Origin: a virus
Virus record (IMG/VR): IMGVR_UViG_3300044904_000056
Location: 32,001 to 96,000 of that record
Reading direction: 5' to 3' (one strand)
Length of the DNA stretch: 64,000 nt
Shown: one piece after another, positions 1 through 9,343 of the stretch
Layout: each line of letters begins with the position of its first letter
How positions within the stretch are numbered: position 1 is the first letter of the stretch
The notes under the pieces: model-generated
What the model was told of the DNA's origin: nothing
The model's input: the letters and a program-made list of their open reading frames with translations, nothing else
The model's database searches: none
Translations under genes and position numbers: made by a program

Positions 1-343
1 CTATCTTCCGGAATGGGGTGAGAGAGTGGCAGAGCTTACCGTCTAGTTCTGCATAGACATCGTGGTTCCCGAGGTTGATGACGATTTCCAGACCCGCGTC
101 GTATAGCATCTCCAGCTTCCGGTAGAGAGCATTGTACGTCTCAACTTCAATCCACCCACTGTCCTCTAGAATATCCCCGTTCAGGAGGATTCTCTTGATC
201 TGATGCTCTCTCGCTGTTTTGAGGATGGTGTCAAACACCTTGAGGCAATTATAGAGGCGTGAGTTCATCCCGTCCTTGCGAGTGTAGGAAAATTGCTGCC
301 AGCTCTTTACCTGAAGATCACCCGTAGCTACAAAAGGTTCCAC
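1..343 (-). CDS. Mre11/SbcD-like metallophosphoesterase (recombination endonuclease subunit), 3' part outside window
   Basis: Not in ORF track. Manual translation from GTG at 343 (overlapping the upstream TAG) gives MEPFVATGDLQ...LNGDILE...NLGNHD, i.e. calcineurin-like phosphoesterase motifs. Lies in the recombination cluster. Confidence 0.8.
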   Translation of the reverse strand, partial: MEPFVATGDLQVKSWQQFSYTRKDGMNSRLYNCLKVFDTILKTAREHQIKRILLNGDILEDSGWIEVETYNALYRKLEMLYDAGLEIVINLGNHDVYAELDGKLCHSLTPFRKI

Positions 344-588
344 TAAGCGTTGCCCTCAATTTGAAATTCTGATGTGAATTCGAGTATCTCAACAGGTATC
401 GGTTTCGCCTGGTCCTTCGCATGGACACACAGAGCCTTAAATTCTTCCACCGTGCCTGCCCTGCGATATCGCAGCAGGGCTATCGTCGCAGGAAGCACCC
501 ATAGCTCTAGGCCGATTGCAATTTGTGGGAACTTGAAACGCCCGTCATCTGTCTCGTTCTTGCTGACTCTACACTTTTGCAAAATCAC
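343..588 (-). CDS. hypothetical protein
   Basis: Tightly packed ORF in operon. Confidence 0.6.
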   Translation of the reverse strand: MILQKCRVSKNETDDGRFKFPQIAIGLELWVLPATIALLRYRRAGTVEEFKALCVHAKDQAKPIPVEILEFTSEFQIEGNA

Positions 589-849
589 TTAGACGCTCCC
601 CACATCCGTAGTGTCTGTCTCCATACCAATCTCATAAGGCACTAGTGTTTCGTACACCTTTGTTGTTCGAGCCTTGTTGCAACCCCGACAGCGGTAATGA
701 TGCCGGCTACCAACATACATCTTTTGAGCCGGAGCAAAGCTAGTCGCAGGTTTGATGTAGGACACCCACTCAATCTTTATTTCCACATCATCGTGGTTGA
801 AACAATGCAGCAATCGTTCCCAAAATGTCATCTCTTCCCAAGGTTTCAT
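589..849 (-). CDS. hypothetical protein (possible Zn-binding)
   Basis: ATGA overlap with upstream gene; HC..H and CRGC motifs. Confidence 0.6.
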   Translation of the reverse strand: MKPWEEMTFWERLLHCFNHDDVEIKIEWVSYIKPATSFAPAQKMYVGSRHHYRCRGCNKARTTKVYETLVPYEIGMETDTTDVGSV

Positions 850-1337
850 CCGATTTTCACCGTGCGCGGAAACCTCCGCGTCCTTTCCTCGTCTCTGTCT
901 TTCAGCAGGTACTTCTCGCCCTTGAGAACTTGTTTCATGTTGTCAAGGTGCAATCCGTAAGCTTCCCGTAGGAAACGGAAATCCTCCACATCGTGAGGTA
1001 CTGTTTTTCTGTAGCCCCGGGAGCCTTCCTCGTGGCCGTCTTCGGGGATGTGCACTGCTTCGTGGAGCATCAGGAATACCTTGAAATAGTCCTCCGCAGC
1101 ATCGTACCGCGTTGACCAGACGGATATCACATAGTCATAGTCGGGCAGAAGCAACGACCAGGGTTTGCGGTTCGGATAAATTCTTGCGCCTACCTTGCTA
1201 GACGCGCTGGTATATCCTACCAGAGCTATCCGGCTCGTATGCACGTGCCCGAGGATTGTTGGGAAGAGCTTCTTGGCCCGTTTCAGGTCTGCCCTGTAAT
1301 CGTCTCTCAGCTCCCAGAATTTGCTAGTGCGGCCCAC
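846..1337 (-). CDS. putative phage metallopeptidase, C-terminal RFPR motif
   Basis: LHEAVH (HExxH) and HDVEDF; ends RRFPRTVKIG. Confidence 0.7.
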   Translation of the reverse strand: MGRTSKFWELRDDYRADLKRAKKLFPTILGHVHTSRIALVGYTSASSKVGARIYPNRKPWSLLLPDYDYVISVWSTRYDAAEDYFKVFLMLHEAVHIPEDGHEEGSRGYRKTVPHDVEDFRFLREAYGLHLDNMKQVLKGEKYLLKDRDEERTRRFPRTVKIG

Positions 1338-1505
1338 CTACTTTTCCCTCATCATCTTACAGCAGGGGCATCTCCAGGAAACAAATAGGAAATGCCCTAG
1401 CCTAGCCCACCAAGGCCAGCGGTTCATCTGATCTTCATGCTGAGCCATTGCTAGGGCTTTGGGGAAGACTTCCTTTTTGAATCGCTCCCAATTCTCTTCA
1501 CTCAC
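1338..1505 (-). CDS. small hypothetical protein
   Basis: Likely GTG start at 1505 overlapping the end of the upstream small ORF; C-terminal CPCC. Confidence 0.5.
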   Translation of the reverse strand: MSEENWERFKKEVFPKALAMAQHEDQMNRWPWWARLGHFLFVSWRCPCCKMMREK

Positions 1506-1647
1506 GGGGGAATCTCCTTTGCTTCCAGCTATCATACCGTTTCGCGCATTCCTCATTGCAGAAATTCCGGCGGTACTTAGCACTGTAAATATGTGTCGGT
1601 TTCAAGCAGATGCAGGTCTGCTTGTCTAGCCTCGGGAATCGCCTCAT
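1498..1647 (-). CDS. 49-aa Cys-rich microprotein with RRFPR at both ends
   Basis: Below the ORF-track cut-off. ATG overlaps upstream TGA; translation MRRFPRLDKQTCICLKPTHIYSAKYRRNFCNEECAKRYDSWKQRRFPRE (CxC...FCxxxC, TRASH/MYM-like Zn site). Confidence 0.7.
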   Translation of the reverse strand: MRRFPRLDKQTCICLKPTHIYSAKYRRNFCNEECAKRYDSWKQRRFPRE

Positions 1648-1829
1648 CAAGCTTCTTCTGGCCTAGCAATATCAAGTAGCACCTTCAGGTTCTTGCCAGA
1701 TTGCTTGAGAAGGTCCCACATCTTAGTGCAGACTGAAGCGTGATCAACCTTTTCCGCCGCATACTTCTTTCTAGTTTTTCCTGTACGGCTGAATTGTTTC
1801 CCACACTCACAACGTCCTCCGTATTTCAA
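1647..1829 (-). CDS. small Zn-binding hypothetical protein
   Basis: CECG...HASVC; packed in operon. Confidence 0.55.
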   Translation of the reverse strand: MKYGGRCECGKQFSRTGKTRKKYAAEKVDHASVCTKMWDLLKQSGKNLKVLLDIARPEEA

Positions 1830-1837
1830 TTTTCACC

Positions 1838-2779
1838 TCACTTCGTATCAAGTTCCTCAAATGGTGTAATCCATTGAGCGAAATTCTTCAGTAGTGACTG
1901 GAACGACTTGCTGATGAAGTAGCGCGTAATCTCAGCTTTGTCAATCTTGCCGCGCTGTCGTACAGCCTCAAAGACAACCCGGCGTACCTTTTTCTCTTCT
2001 GGGTGATTATAGGAAGAAACAGAAAGGTCCATAAGCATCAGATTCAAATAGTATCTCTCGCGGACTCCTTTTCCATAGAGCAGCCGGTAGCGGTTGCCCC
2101 GCTTGTAGACTTTCTTCTCCACCTCGGGGGTGAACAGCTCTTCCATATCCTTGTAGGAAGCTAGAAGCTCCCGGATGGTTGTCTCGCCTAGACCTTTAGC
2201 AATTCCTGGAATGTTGTCACTCCCATCTCCTATCGCTGCCCGAAGCTGAAGAAATTGATGCGGGGTGAGTCCCACCTTCTGCCGGAAGTTGCCGTGCGTA
2301 TAGAGTTGCGTCTTTATCGGACTCCATACGCTGGTATTCTCTTGAACCAGTTGGAACATATCCATGTCCGAGGAAACAACAATCCGCTGCCCGTTCAAAG
2401 CTTTCTCCTGGCATATCATAGCTATCAAATCGTCAGCTTCTGTCTGAGGGAAGTACAGCTGCGAAAGATTCAGCTGCCGGAGGACTCGCTGGCACTCCTC
2501 GATTTGAGTGATGGTACTCTGAAATTGTTTTTCCTCTTCCTTCGTAAAGTGCTGATGTCGGTGGGCCTTATATTCAGGGAACTTCTGCTTGCGGTAGGCA
2601 CTATGCCCTGTATCCCAGCAGACAATCCCAACATCCGGCTGAAACTGAGCTAGCATTCCGTGGATAGCATTCAGAGCGCCATAGACAACTTGGACTGGTT
2701 TTCCGTTCGCTGTAAGAATCGGGAGGCGCTTGGCAATGCGCCAACAGAGATTGTGACCGTCAATGATGATGGTTTTCAT
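1838..2779 (-). CDS. 5'-3' exonuclease / flap endonuclease (PolI N-terminal, T4 RNase H-like)
   Basis: IIDGHN, SAYRKQKFPEYKAHR, EADD, SSDMDMFQ, GDGSDNIPGI; start reassigned to ATG 2779 (ATGA overlap). Confidence 0.93.
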   Translation of the reverse strand: MKTIIIDGHNLCWRIAKRLPILTANGKPVQVVYGALNAIHGMLAQFQPDVGIVCWDTGHSAYRKQKFPEYKAHRHQHFTKEEEKQFQSTITQIEECQRVLRQLNLSQLYFPQTEADDLIAMICQEKALNGQRIVVSSDMDMFQLVQENTSVWSPIKTQLYTHGNFRQKVGLTPHQFLQLRAAIGDGSDNIPGIAKGLGETTIRELLASYKDMEELFTPEVEKKVYKRGNRYRLLYGKGVRERYYLNLMLMDLSVSSYNHPEEKKVRRVVFEAVRQRGKIDKAEITRYFISKSFQSLLKNFAQWITPFEELDTK

Positions 2780-3102
2780 ATCAGGTCCATTGTCGCTTGC
2801 CTTCCGTACACTTGTGCCGCTGATAGATACTTCCCATCCTTGTAAGTCATCATTCCCCAAAACCACGAAGCCATATGTTCTGGGCCGCAGCAACAATCTA
2901 TAGTTGCATCTATCATCCAGAGTGCATCGGCTCCAAAGTTCAGACAATTTCTTCCGTAAGCAAGAGAAACTGCACCAAGAGGACTACATGCAACTCCTAC
3001 TGCCTGCTCTAGCCCACATACTTCGCACATCAACTTTTCGCCTCCGGGAAAAGTCTGGTCATGGAGTTCCTTCGCTTTGTGGTAACTAATCAACCCACTC
3101 AT
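2776..3102 (-). CDS. hypothetical protein (CxxC)
   Basis: ATG overlaps RecA stop; CEVCG; resembles common phage hypotheticals. Confidence 0.65.
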   Translation of the reverse strand: MSGLISYHKAKELHDQTFPGGEKLMCEVCGLEQAVGVACSPLGAVSLAYGRNCLNFGADALWMIDATIDCCCGPEHMASWFWGMMTYKDGKYLSAAQVYGRQATMDLI

Positions 3103-4163
3103 TCCCCCTCCAGACAACTCGCCTTACGCAATGCAGAGTCAATCTCCTCCTGATGCCTCGAATAGTATTTGGCGAGACTGCTGCGGGTCACGACATCCTT
3201 CCCGAAACGGTAAGTGGATTTGTTGCGAGTGAAAACTCCCCGGTCAACTGCGTACTCCCAAACTGCTTGAACTTTGTCTATCCCCTTCCCCCAGAGAATC
3301 GGAAACTGACAGCGCGTTTCATTTAGTCCTACCTTGTTTTTCACCACTTGCAATTCAATGAGTGCTCCGATTCTGTCCCCATCTCCGTTCTTGAGGCTTT
3401 TGATCTTCGCCGTTCGGCAGCGTACCCAGGAGTAGAATTTGAGAGCTTTTCCGCCATAGGTAGTCTCTTTGCTGCCCCAGGTCACGCCTATGTTTGTCCG
3501 GGTTTGATTGACACAGATCAGGCAGACTCCGTTTGTCCGTAGGAACTTCACCATACGCCTGAAAAACCTCGATATTTGCAGAGCTGATCTCCCCATATCG
3601 CTCTTATCCAAGCTGGCTTTTTCCTCTATCTCGCTCCTGGTAGGTGTTGACGCTACAGAATCCCAGCCAAATACGATGGGTGTCGTCTTATCCTTCTCCC
3701 GAAGCGTTTTCACTGTCTCACGGATGTAATCATAAATGTCCTCGATGGTCTCGCACTCGTCAAATATCAGGAGGCGCTTTACGTCAATGCCAACCTTCTT
3801 CATCCGCTTGTAGTTGGCAGAGTATTCGGTCGGAAAAAGTCCTGCATAATAGTCAAGATGTTGAGCTTCCGCTATTATGTTCTCCATCACCCCAGTTTTG
3901 AATGATCCTTCTGGCCCAAATATCTCAATGATCCCAGATGGGAACCCAAGGCCATAGCAAACGCAACAATCTACTGAAATGATCCCGCTTGGGACATAGA
4001 CCAGGGGCTGCGAGAAGATAGAGTTCTCCAGAGTGGTAAGAACCCCATCGCTATGTTCCTTTTCAAACTTCTTATTGATAGCCTCTACTGCTGAGAACAA
4101 AGTCTTGTCCTGTACCCCTTTGTACCCAGATGGGCCTCTGTACCTCGGAAATCTTGGTGGCAT
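3099..4163 (-). CDS. recA: RecA/UvsX-like recombinase, N-terminal RFPR motif
   Basis: EIFGPEGSFKT (Walker A variant), WDSVAS, NQTR, GGKALKFYS, VVKNKV; begins MPPRFPR. Confidence 0.92.
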   Translation of the reverse strand: MPPRFPRYRGPSGYKGVQDKTLFSAVEAINKKFEKEHSDGVLTTLENSIFSQPLVYVPSGIISVDCCVCYGLGFPSGIIEIFGPEGSFKTGVMENIIAEAQHLDYYAGLFPTEYSANYKRMKKVGIDVKRLLIFDECETIEDIYDYIRETVKTLREKDKTTPIVFGWDSVASTPTRSEIEEKASLDKSDMGRSALQISRFFRRMVKFLRTNGVCLICVNQTRTNIGVTWGSKETTYGGKALKFYSWVRCRTAKIKSLKNGDGDRIGALIELQVVKNKVGLNETRCQFPILWGKGIDKVQAVWEYAVDRGVFTRNKSTYRFGKDVVTRSSLAKYYSRHQEEIDSALRKASCLEGE

Positions 4164-4164
4164 G

Positions 4165-4353
4165 CTATTCCCCGCCTAGGAACTTGCCTTCAATCTCGTT
4201 CAGTTTTCGGACATCATCCAACGTTGTTGTACCTTCAAGGAGGTGGTCGCATACCTCCTTGAAAGTGTCGAGGTCTGATTCAGTCATCAGAGGAGTAACC
4301 GTCCTGAGAAATGCGACTGTTGAAGAGATTGCTCCACTGAATGACTCAATCAT
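4165..4353 (-). CDS. hypothetical protein
   Basis: RBS-preceded ORF between SSB and RecA. Confidence 0.6.
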   Translation of the reverse strand: MIESFSGAISSTVAFLRTVTPLMTESDLDTFKEVCDHLLEGTTTLDDVRKLNEIEGKFLGGE

Positions 4354-4376
4354 TTTGTTCCCTTCTCCTGTTCGCG

Positions 4377-5330
4377 TTAGTGATGATGATGATGATGTTG
4401 CTTCTTTTTGCGCTCTATCTTACGCTGAAGCTCCTTGTACTGCTTTTCAAGGTCATCCTCATCTGAACTGTCTTCAGAATGGTCGCTGTTATCGGACTTA
4501 TCGCTGCTATCCTCGGATTTGTCAGAAGCATCCGAATCATCGGACGCATCAGACTTATCCGCATCGGAGCTATCATCTGAGTAGTCACTTCCGTCCTCCT
4601 CAGCCGCTATGTGTTTCGCAACCTTCTCCATCTTAGCAACGAAGGTTTCAATCTCTTCGCTGCTGCTCGCACTGACGATTTCATCCAGGTTGGTCAAGGT
4701 CTTGAGGAGCTTATGCCGCTCGTGCTCGTCTGAGGAGATTGGCGTCTCCTTCTCCATAACCTTGAAGTGGTAGTCCGTATCGTCCCGCCCCTTGCCTTCC
4801 CGCTTCACACGGATCAGCCGGCCATATTTCGGATGGGCTACTCCTAGGACTGATTTCCTCCGGTAGTCATCGTCAGAGAAAATTTCTAGCACAAGATTCT
4901 GCCATTTAGCAGAAAGCCGCAGGAGCTTGAATTGCCTATCCTCATACTTCCGGACTTCAATCGTACCATCGCTATGTTTCTTGACCTTGGCTCGGAGGAT
5001 GTTCCAGATACTCTCAGATTTCTGCCGTAGCAGCCCAAATAGAGCCTTAGCAACGGGCGAGCGTTCCTTCTTGACTTCCTCCCAACGGCGGCAGGCTTTG
5101 CACTTCCCTGGCTTGCCTGTCTTCTCGTCAACATCGTTCTTTCCACAGTAGACTTTGTTCTTGAAATCTCCATGGAAGAGAACATCCTTCCAAACTTCGC
5201 CATCCTTCTCCCAAGGAGGCCCAATGCGGAAGTACCATTCTCCTGGGTCAAAGCTCGTCCAGGGGCGGCCACTTGTTTTCTTCTTCCTCTTGGAAAGTTC
5301 CTCACGAATTTCTTCAGCCGTCTTCGTCAC
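4377..5330 (-). CDS. gp32-like single-stranded DNA-binding protein with Ser/Asp-rich tail and terminal His6
   Basis: RIGPP, H..C..CxxC, KREGKGRDDTDY, acidic tail; sits between UvsY-like and RecA genes. Confidence 0.75.
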   Translation of the reverse strand: MTKTAEEIREELSKRKKKTSGRPWTSFDPGEWYFRIGPPWEKDGEVWKDVLFHGDFKNKVYCGKNDVDEKTGKPGKCKACRRWEEVKKERSPVAKALFGLLRQKSESIWNILRAKVKKHSDGTIEVRKYEDRQFKLLRLSAKWQNLVLEIFSDDDYRRKSVLGVAHPKYGRLIRVKREGKGRDDTDYHFKVMEKETPISSDEHERHKLLKTLTNLDEIVSASSSEEIETFVAKMEKVAKHIAAEEDGSDYSDDSSDADKSDASDDSDASDKSEDSSDKSDNSDHSEDSSDEDDLEKQYKELQRKIERKKKQHHHHHH

Positions 5331-5341
5331 TATTGCCTCCC

Positions 5342-5797
5342 TTAGTAATCACCTTTTTCCTTGCGCTGGTTAGCATTCAACGATTGGAGCATAGACAACC
5401 GTTGTGTAAACGCGCGCTCAGCAAACTTTAACAGCCTTTCCGAGTCCTGCCACTTCCGGAGTTTCCGGTGAAGCCTCTGATATTTTGAATTGCGGACAAC
5501 GTAGTAGCGGATGTCTGTTACCCGCGTCCCTTTCTTCCCCTCACGAAGCATATTGGCATAGCGGATGAAGAGGTCAGCTTGCAGCTTCTCCATCACCTCT
5601 TCTAGCTTCGCTACCTTTCCTGATACTCTAGCCAACAATCCTGTCCATCTACCATATTTATCTGCTGCCACCTCCATCTCGTGGTCTAGATTGTCAAGGT
5701 GAATTTTCAACTCCGCATTGAGATCCTGACTCTTTATCCCGTGCACGAGAATTACCGGGGGGTCAGACTCCGAATTTTGCTTCTCTTTCCGCGACAA
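5342..5797 (-). CDS. UvsY-like recombination mediator
   Basis: Helical 151 aa with LxID..NLD.E and AFxQRxxMLQSL patterns; synteny with SSB and RecA. Confidence 0.6.
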   Translation of the reverse strand: MSRKEKQNSESDPPVILVHGIKSQDLNAELKIHLDNLDHEMEVAADKYGRWTGLLARVSGKVAKLEEVMEKLQADLFIRYANMLREGKKGTRVTDIRYYVVRNSKYQRLHRKLRKWQDSERLLKFAERAFTQRLSMLQSLNANQRKEKGDY

Positions 5798-5966
5798 GGA
5801 TGTGCTCCTTCATAATCTCAAAGCCGATGTCTTGCAAAGAAAGTTCTACATCAGGAACATCAAGTAGTGCGATTTGGTTCCGTTTCCCTTCAATGCGAAT
5901 AGCTTCTCCCATCACAAGCCTGCGAAACTGATCTCCTGATAAACTGATTCGAATAACTTCACCCAT
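5763..5966 (-). CDS. hypothetical protein
   Basis: RBS plus upstream GCGTTCTAT element. Confidence 0.6.
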   Translation of the reverse strand: MGEVIRISLSGDQFRRLVMGEAIRIEGKRNQIALLDVPDVELSLQDIGFEIMKEHILVAEREAKFGV

Positions 5967-5983
5967 ATCCGCTCCTGTTCTAA

Positions 5984-5992
5984 ATAGAACGC
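5984..5992 (-). promoter_or_regulatory. GCGTTCTAT phage promoter-like element
   Basis: Exact 9-mer, intergenic, ~18 nt upstream of start; recurs at 4 other gene starts. Confidence 0.65.
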
Positions 5993-5997
5993 CTGTC

Positions 5998-8664
5998 TCA
6001 TGTAAACTGGCTAGGGATTACAAATTGTCCCTTTTCGGAACCATGCTCTAGCTCCGTCATTGTTCCAAGATTAGGCCCTAAGAAACAATCAGTATCCAGC
6101 GGCACTTCGCAATACCATCCTGTCTTTTCCTCAATCCACTTCCGGTCGGTCATAAAGAGATGGTGCTGGTAAATTACGTCTTGGGCTTCCTTGTGATAGA
6201 TATCTATGTAGCCCGCATCGTGGACCGTGATAATGTATTTCGACTTCATCCTGTACTTGCGAAGCCAGTCCGCCATCCGCCATCCTGCGCACCACGTCAC
6301 ATCTGAAGCATCCCCTTGTATCGGTGCGTTGATTCCCTGCCGAACTGCTTCCGCCCTCTGGGCTTCGTTCTCACTATCAACTTCAGGAAGCCTTCTTGGC
6401 CTAAAGAAATGGGAGAAGACAATCTTGTGTTTCTTGATGTAGTTCTCACGCTCTAGACGGTAGGCTAGACAATCGTCATACTTGCCAAAATACCTATTGA
6501 TGAATTTCTCTGCCCAACGCTTTGATTTCTGAAAGTCTGCCGCAAGGGCTTCTGGCCCCCGTCCGTAAAGCACCCCAAAGGATACCATCGACTTAGAATC
6601 AGTCCGCTTCTGCTTCTGCTCCTCTTTCGGGAGAGCGTTCCACTGTTCCTCTGTAAGCTCAAATCCCGCCATCGCTCCCATCTTGTGCGGGTCCTTACCA
6701 GACAGAAACTCCTCCAACATCACATCGTCTTTTGCCCGGTCACAGAACAAGCGCATTTCGATTTGCCTGGAATCCTGTTCCATGATGAAGTACCCATCAC
6801 CATGGGAACAGAACTGAGTTCGCAACTCCATCGCCAGCTTGTTGCGCTTGGGAAAGTTTTCGTGATTCGGGTCCTCACTCGACACCCGGCCTGTTACCTG
6901 ACCGTCCACCCGGTAGGTCGTATGCGTCTTCCCATCTGTACCTCGCCATCGGGGCAGAGGGTCTATGTACTTAGATTTCGCTGAGACTAGCTCGCTGCGG
7001 TCAATGATAATCGTCAGAGGCCTACTCTTCCGCTTTTTGTTGAGGCGTTCTAGGACTTCCCGTTCAACTGATTCCTGTTTCCCTGAAGGAGTCTTCCAAA
7101 GAGGCTCATAGTCTAGGATATCAAAGACCAACTTGCGTTTCTCATCTGGGGAGTTCAGGTTGATGAGTTCACGGTTGGACTCGAACAGCTCAAAGACTTT
7201 CTTCTTAGGATTTGGGATTGGCCTCTTGTAGCTATTGACCCGCTCGATGAGTTCCTTGAGGAGTTCCTTGTCCTTCCATTTCTGAAGAGCCTTGATTTCA
7301 GACAGGTTGACTAGCTTTTCGTCGTGCTCTGCAATTCTCCTCTCATAGACCTTCTCTAGCTCCTTGTTACGCTCCTTGTCAATCCTGACCCCGTTGATCT
7401 CCTGTGTAGCGGCAGTCCAATTGTGATACATAATCGGAAACTTGAAAGGACGTTCCCAGAGATGTTGCCTCTTCAGCTTTTTCCGGAGATGGAAGAACAG
7501 CCTCCGGGTTGCGATGCAGTCCTTAATGTTGTAGTCATACAGGATATCAGCCGGGACAAGGTTCAGATTCCCACCACTCTCGGGATTTGCCTCAGGATGC
7601 TCAATGCAATACTGCTGCTTAGGCCGGTCATAGTCCATCATCCCTATGAATGCAGCCAGCTCTTTCAGGCCCTTCCCACCCCTTCGTTCGTTCAGGCAGT
7701 AGGCCATCAGCTCTGTATCAGCGTAATAGCCGTGACCTTTCCTTCCGCCTAGCCAGATGTCGTGCAGCACAGCGGTGTAGACAAAATCGTATTTGCCGTA
7801 ATGGAGCAACCACTTCAGGTCTTCGTCTTCCCAAAGCTCTCGGGTAGCCTCTAGGCATTCCTCAGGATGGACCTTGATACCGTCTATCTGAACGCGGCTA
7901 TAGACCGGCAGGACGGCTCCTACGTTGTCCCCCCAGGAGTAGCCTATGCAGCCGATTTGAGGCTTGCGAAACCGGGCGAACGGTGAGAGTGTACTGCCTT
8001 CAATATCGGTTGAAGGATACTCGGCTTTCTTGACGATGTCTACAACTTCCTGGAGAGTCCGCTTGTCCTTGACTACAATCTGTTCAAATTTCTCCCTGCT
8101 GATAGCGTGTTTCGGCGGATAGGCAATCCGCTTCGCTGTCTTCAGCACCTCTAGGAACTGCTTGTAGTTAGCCTCTGTTTTGTTGCGCAGGTACCACGCT
8201 GGGTGGAAGGATATGACATACTGCCAAGGCCCTCCGTTCACGACGTTCCCGTGAAGCTTTAGGACTCCAGTTTTGTTGAGAACACTGCGGAGAGGAGAGG
8301 CTCCAAGGAGGATGACTACTTTCGGACGGAGCGAATGTATTTCACGAAGCAGATGGGGCCGACAGTGATTAATAGCGTAGGCTGGTAGTTTGTTCCCTGG
8401 CGGACGGCACCTAGCCGCATTGGTGAAGCGGCATTTCTTCGGGTCAATCCCAACTTCCTCGATAGCTTCCCGGAGAACAAGGCCTGCTTCTCCACACCAA
8501 GGGTAGCCATTCTCATCCTCGTGCTCACCAGGCGCTTCCCCGACAAACAGGAATACCGGCTCCTCACTGCCCTCCCCATTCATCTGTGGGGATTTGCAGC
8601 CCTTATAGAGCTGGCAAGGCTTGCAAAATCTATCAGGTTGTCGGAGAACGTTGAGACTAAGCAT
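5998..8664 (-). CDS. polA: family A DNA polymerase with N-terminal family-4 uracil-DNA-glycosylase-like domain and 3'-5' exonuclease
   Basis: CKPC..GEAPG..CRPPGN..HP (UDG4 with Fe-S Cys); DIEG exo; TGRVSS; DSRQIEMR (motif A); KSMVSFGVLYG (motif B); TVHD (motif C). Confidence 0.95.
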   Translation of the reverse strand: MLSLNVLRQPDRFCKPCQLYKGCKSPQMNGEGSEEPVFLFVGEAPGEHEDENGYPWCGEAGLVLREAIEEVGIDPKKCRFTNAARCRPPGNKLPAYAINHCRPHLLREIHSLRPKVVILLGASPLRSVLNKTGVLKLHGNVVNGGPWQYVISFHPAWYLRNKTEANYKQFLEVLKTAKRIAYPPKHAISREKFEQIVVKDKRTLQEVVDIVKKAEYPSTDIEGSTLSPFARFRKPQIGCIGYSWGDNVGAVLPVYSRVQIDGIKVHPEECLEATRELWEDEDLKWLLHYGKYDFVYTAVLHDIWLGGRKGHGYYADTELMAYCLNERRGGKGLKELAAFIGMMDYDRPKQQYCIEHPEANPESGGNLNLVPADILYDYNIKDCIATRRLFFHLRKKLKRQHLWERPFKFPIMYHNWTAATQEINGVRIDKERNKELEKVYERRIAEHDEKLVNLSEIKALQKWKDKELLKELIERVNSYKRPIPNPKKKVFELFESNRELINLNSPDEKRKLVFDILDYEPLWKTPSGKQESVEREVLERLNKKRKSRPLTIIIDRSELVSAKSKYIDPLPRWRGTDGKTHTTYRVDGQVTGRVSSEDPNHENFPKRNKLAMELRTQFCSHGDGYFIMEQDSRQIEMRLFCDRAKDDVMLEEFLSGKDPHKMGAMAGFELTEEQWNALPKEEQKQKRTDSKSMVSFGVLYGRGPEALAADFQKSKRWAEKFINRYFGKYDDCLAYRLERENYIKKHKIVFSHFFRPRRLPEVDSENEAQRAEAVRQGINAPIQGDASDVTWCAGWRMADWLRKYRMKSKYIITVHDAGYIDIYHKEAQDVIYQHHLFMTDRKWIEEKTGWYCEVPLDTDCFLGPNLGTMTELEHGSEKGQFVIPSQFT

Positions 8665-8957
8665 TATTTTGACTTAGACTTTGTTCGCTTAACTTCCTGC
8701 AAGCCTAGATGGAACCCGATGCAGGTCAACAGCTTGAAAAGTTCAACTTGAGCCTTCGCAGCCTCTTTCTCGTTCTCAGAACCTGCTTCTGTTATTAGAA
8801 AGTCCGTAGCCATCATACCAATCTTCGGGTTGAGGCCGACTTTCCTGAAAACAGAATCCCAGTCCTTTGGCCACCGCTTGTCCTTCCTTGCTGCCTTCAG
8901 CAGGACATCGCAGCGATTCCAGAATTGTTTCTGCTTGTACTCTTCAAAACGGCTCAT
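8664..8957 (-). CDS. hypothetical protein
   Basis: Overlapping start/stop with neighbours. Confidence 0.65.
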   Translation of the reverse strand: MSRFEEYKQKQFWNRCDVLLKAARKDKRWPKDWDSVFRKVGLNPKIGMMATDFLITEAGSENEKEAAKAQVELFKLLTCIGFHLGLQEVKRTKSKSK

Positions 8958-9343
8958 TGCGCTTTCTCCTTCAACTCCTTGATACGGTCCATCGCGTCTT
9001 CTAGCTCAACTACGGTTGTATAGCAGAGCATAAGACAGACAACCTCCTTTTCCGCAGCAGCCAAACCATTCTGGACACTAAATATCTCTAGCTGCTGTGC
9101 CCAGCGATATTTGGGAAGAGGGAGAACTCCATCCCGGATAGACTCGATAAGCTTCTGAAGATAGTGCATTGCTTTATCGAGGTCCTGTAGTCCGTTTTTC
9201 TTACGCCAACGCGTCACATATTTCGTGACCTGCCCCTCGAAATATCCTAGATGGTTATGGGCTGCTAAGTCCCAGTGCTGAAATTTCGCCTGGTAGTGCT
9301 CTCCGCCCACCTGGTAGTCATTCGCCTTCTTGTCAGATTCCAA
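8954..9343 (-). CDS. DUF3310 / SaV-like protein
   Basis: QVGGEHY...GQVTKYVTRWRKKNGLQDLDKAMHYL; start TTG 9343 after GGAGG. Confidence 0.8.
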   Translation of the reverse strand: MESDKKANDYQVGGEHYQAKFQHWDLAAHNHLGYFEGQVTKYVTRWRKKNGLQDLDKAMHYLQKLIESIRDGVLPLPKYRWAQQLEIFSVQNGLAAAEKEVVCLMLCYTTVVELEDAMDRIKELKEKAQ

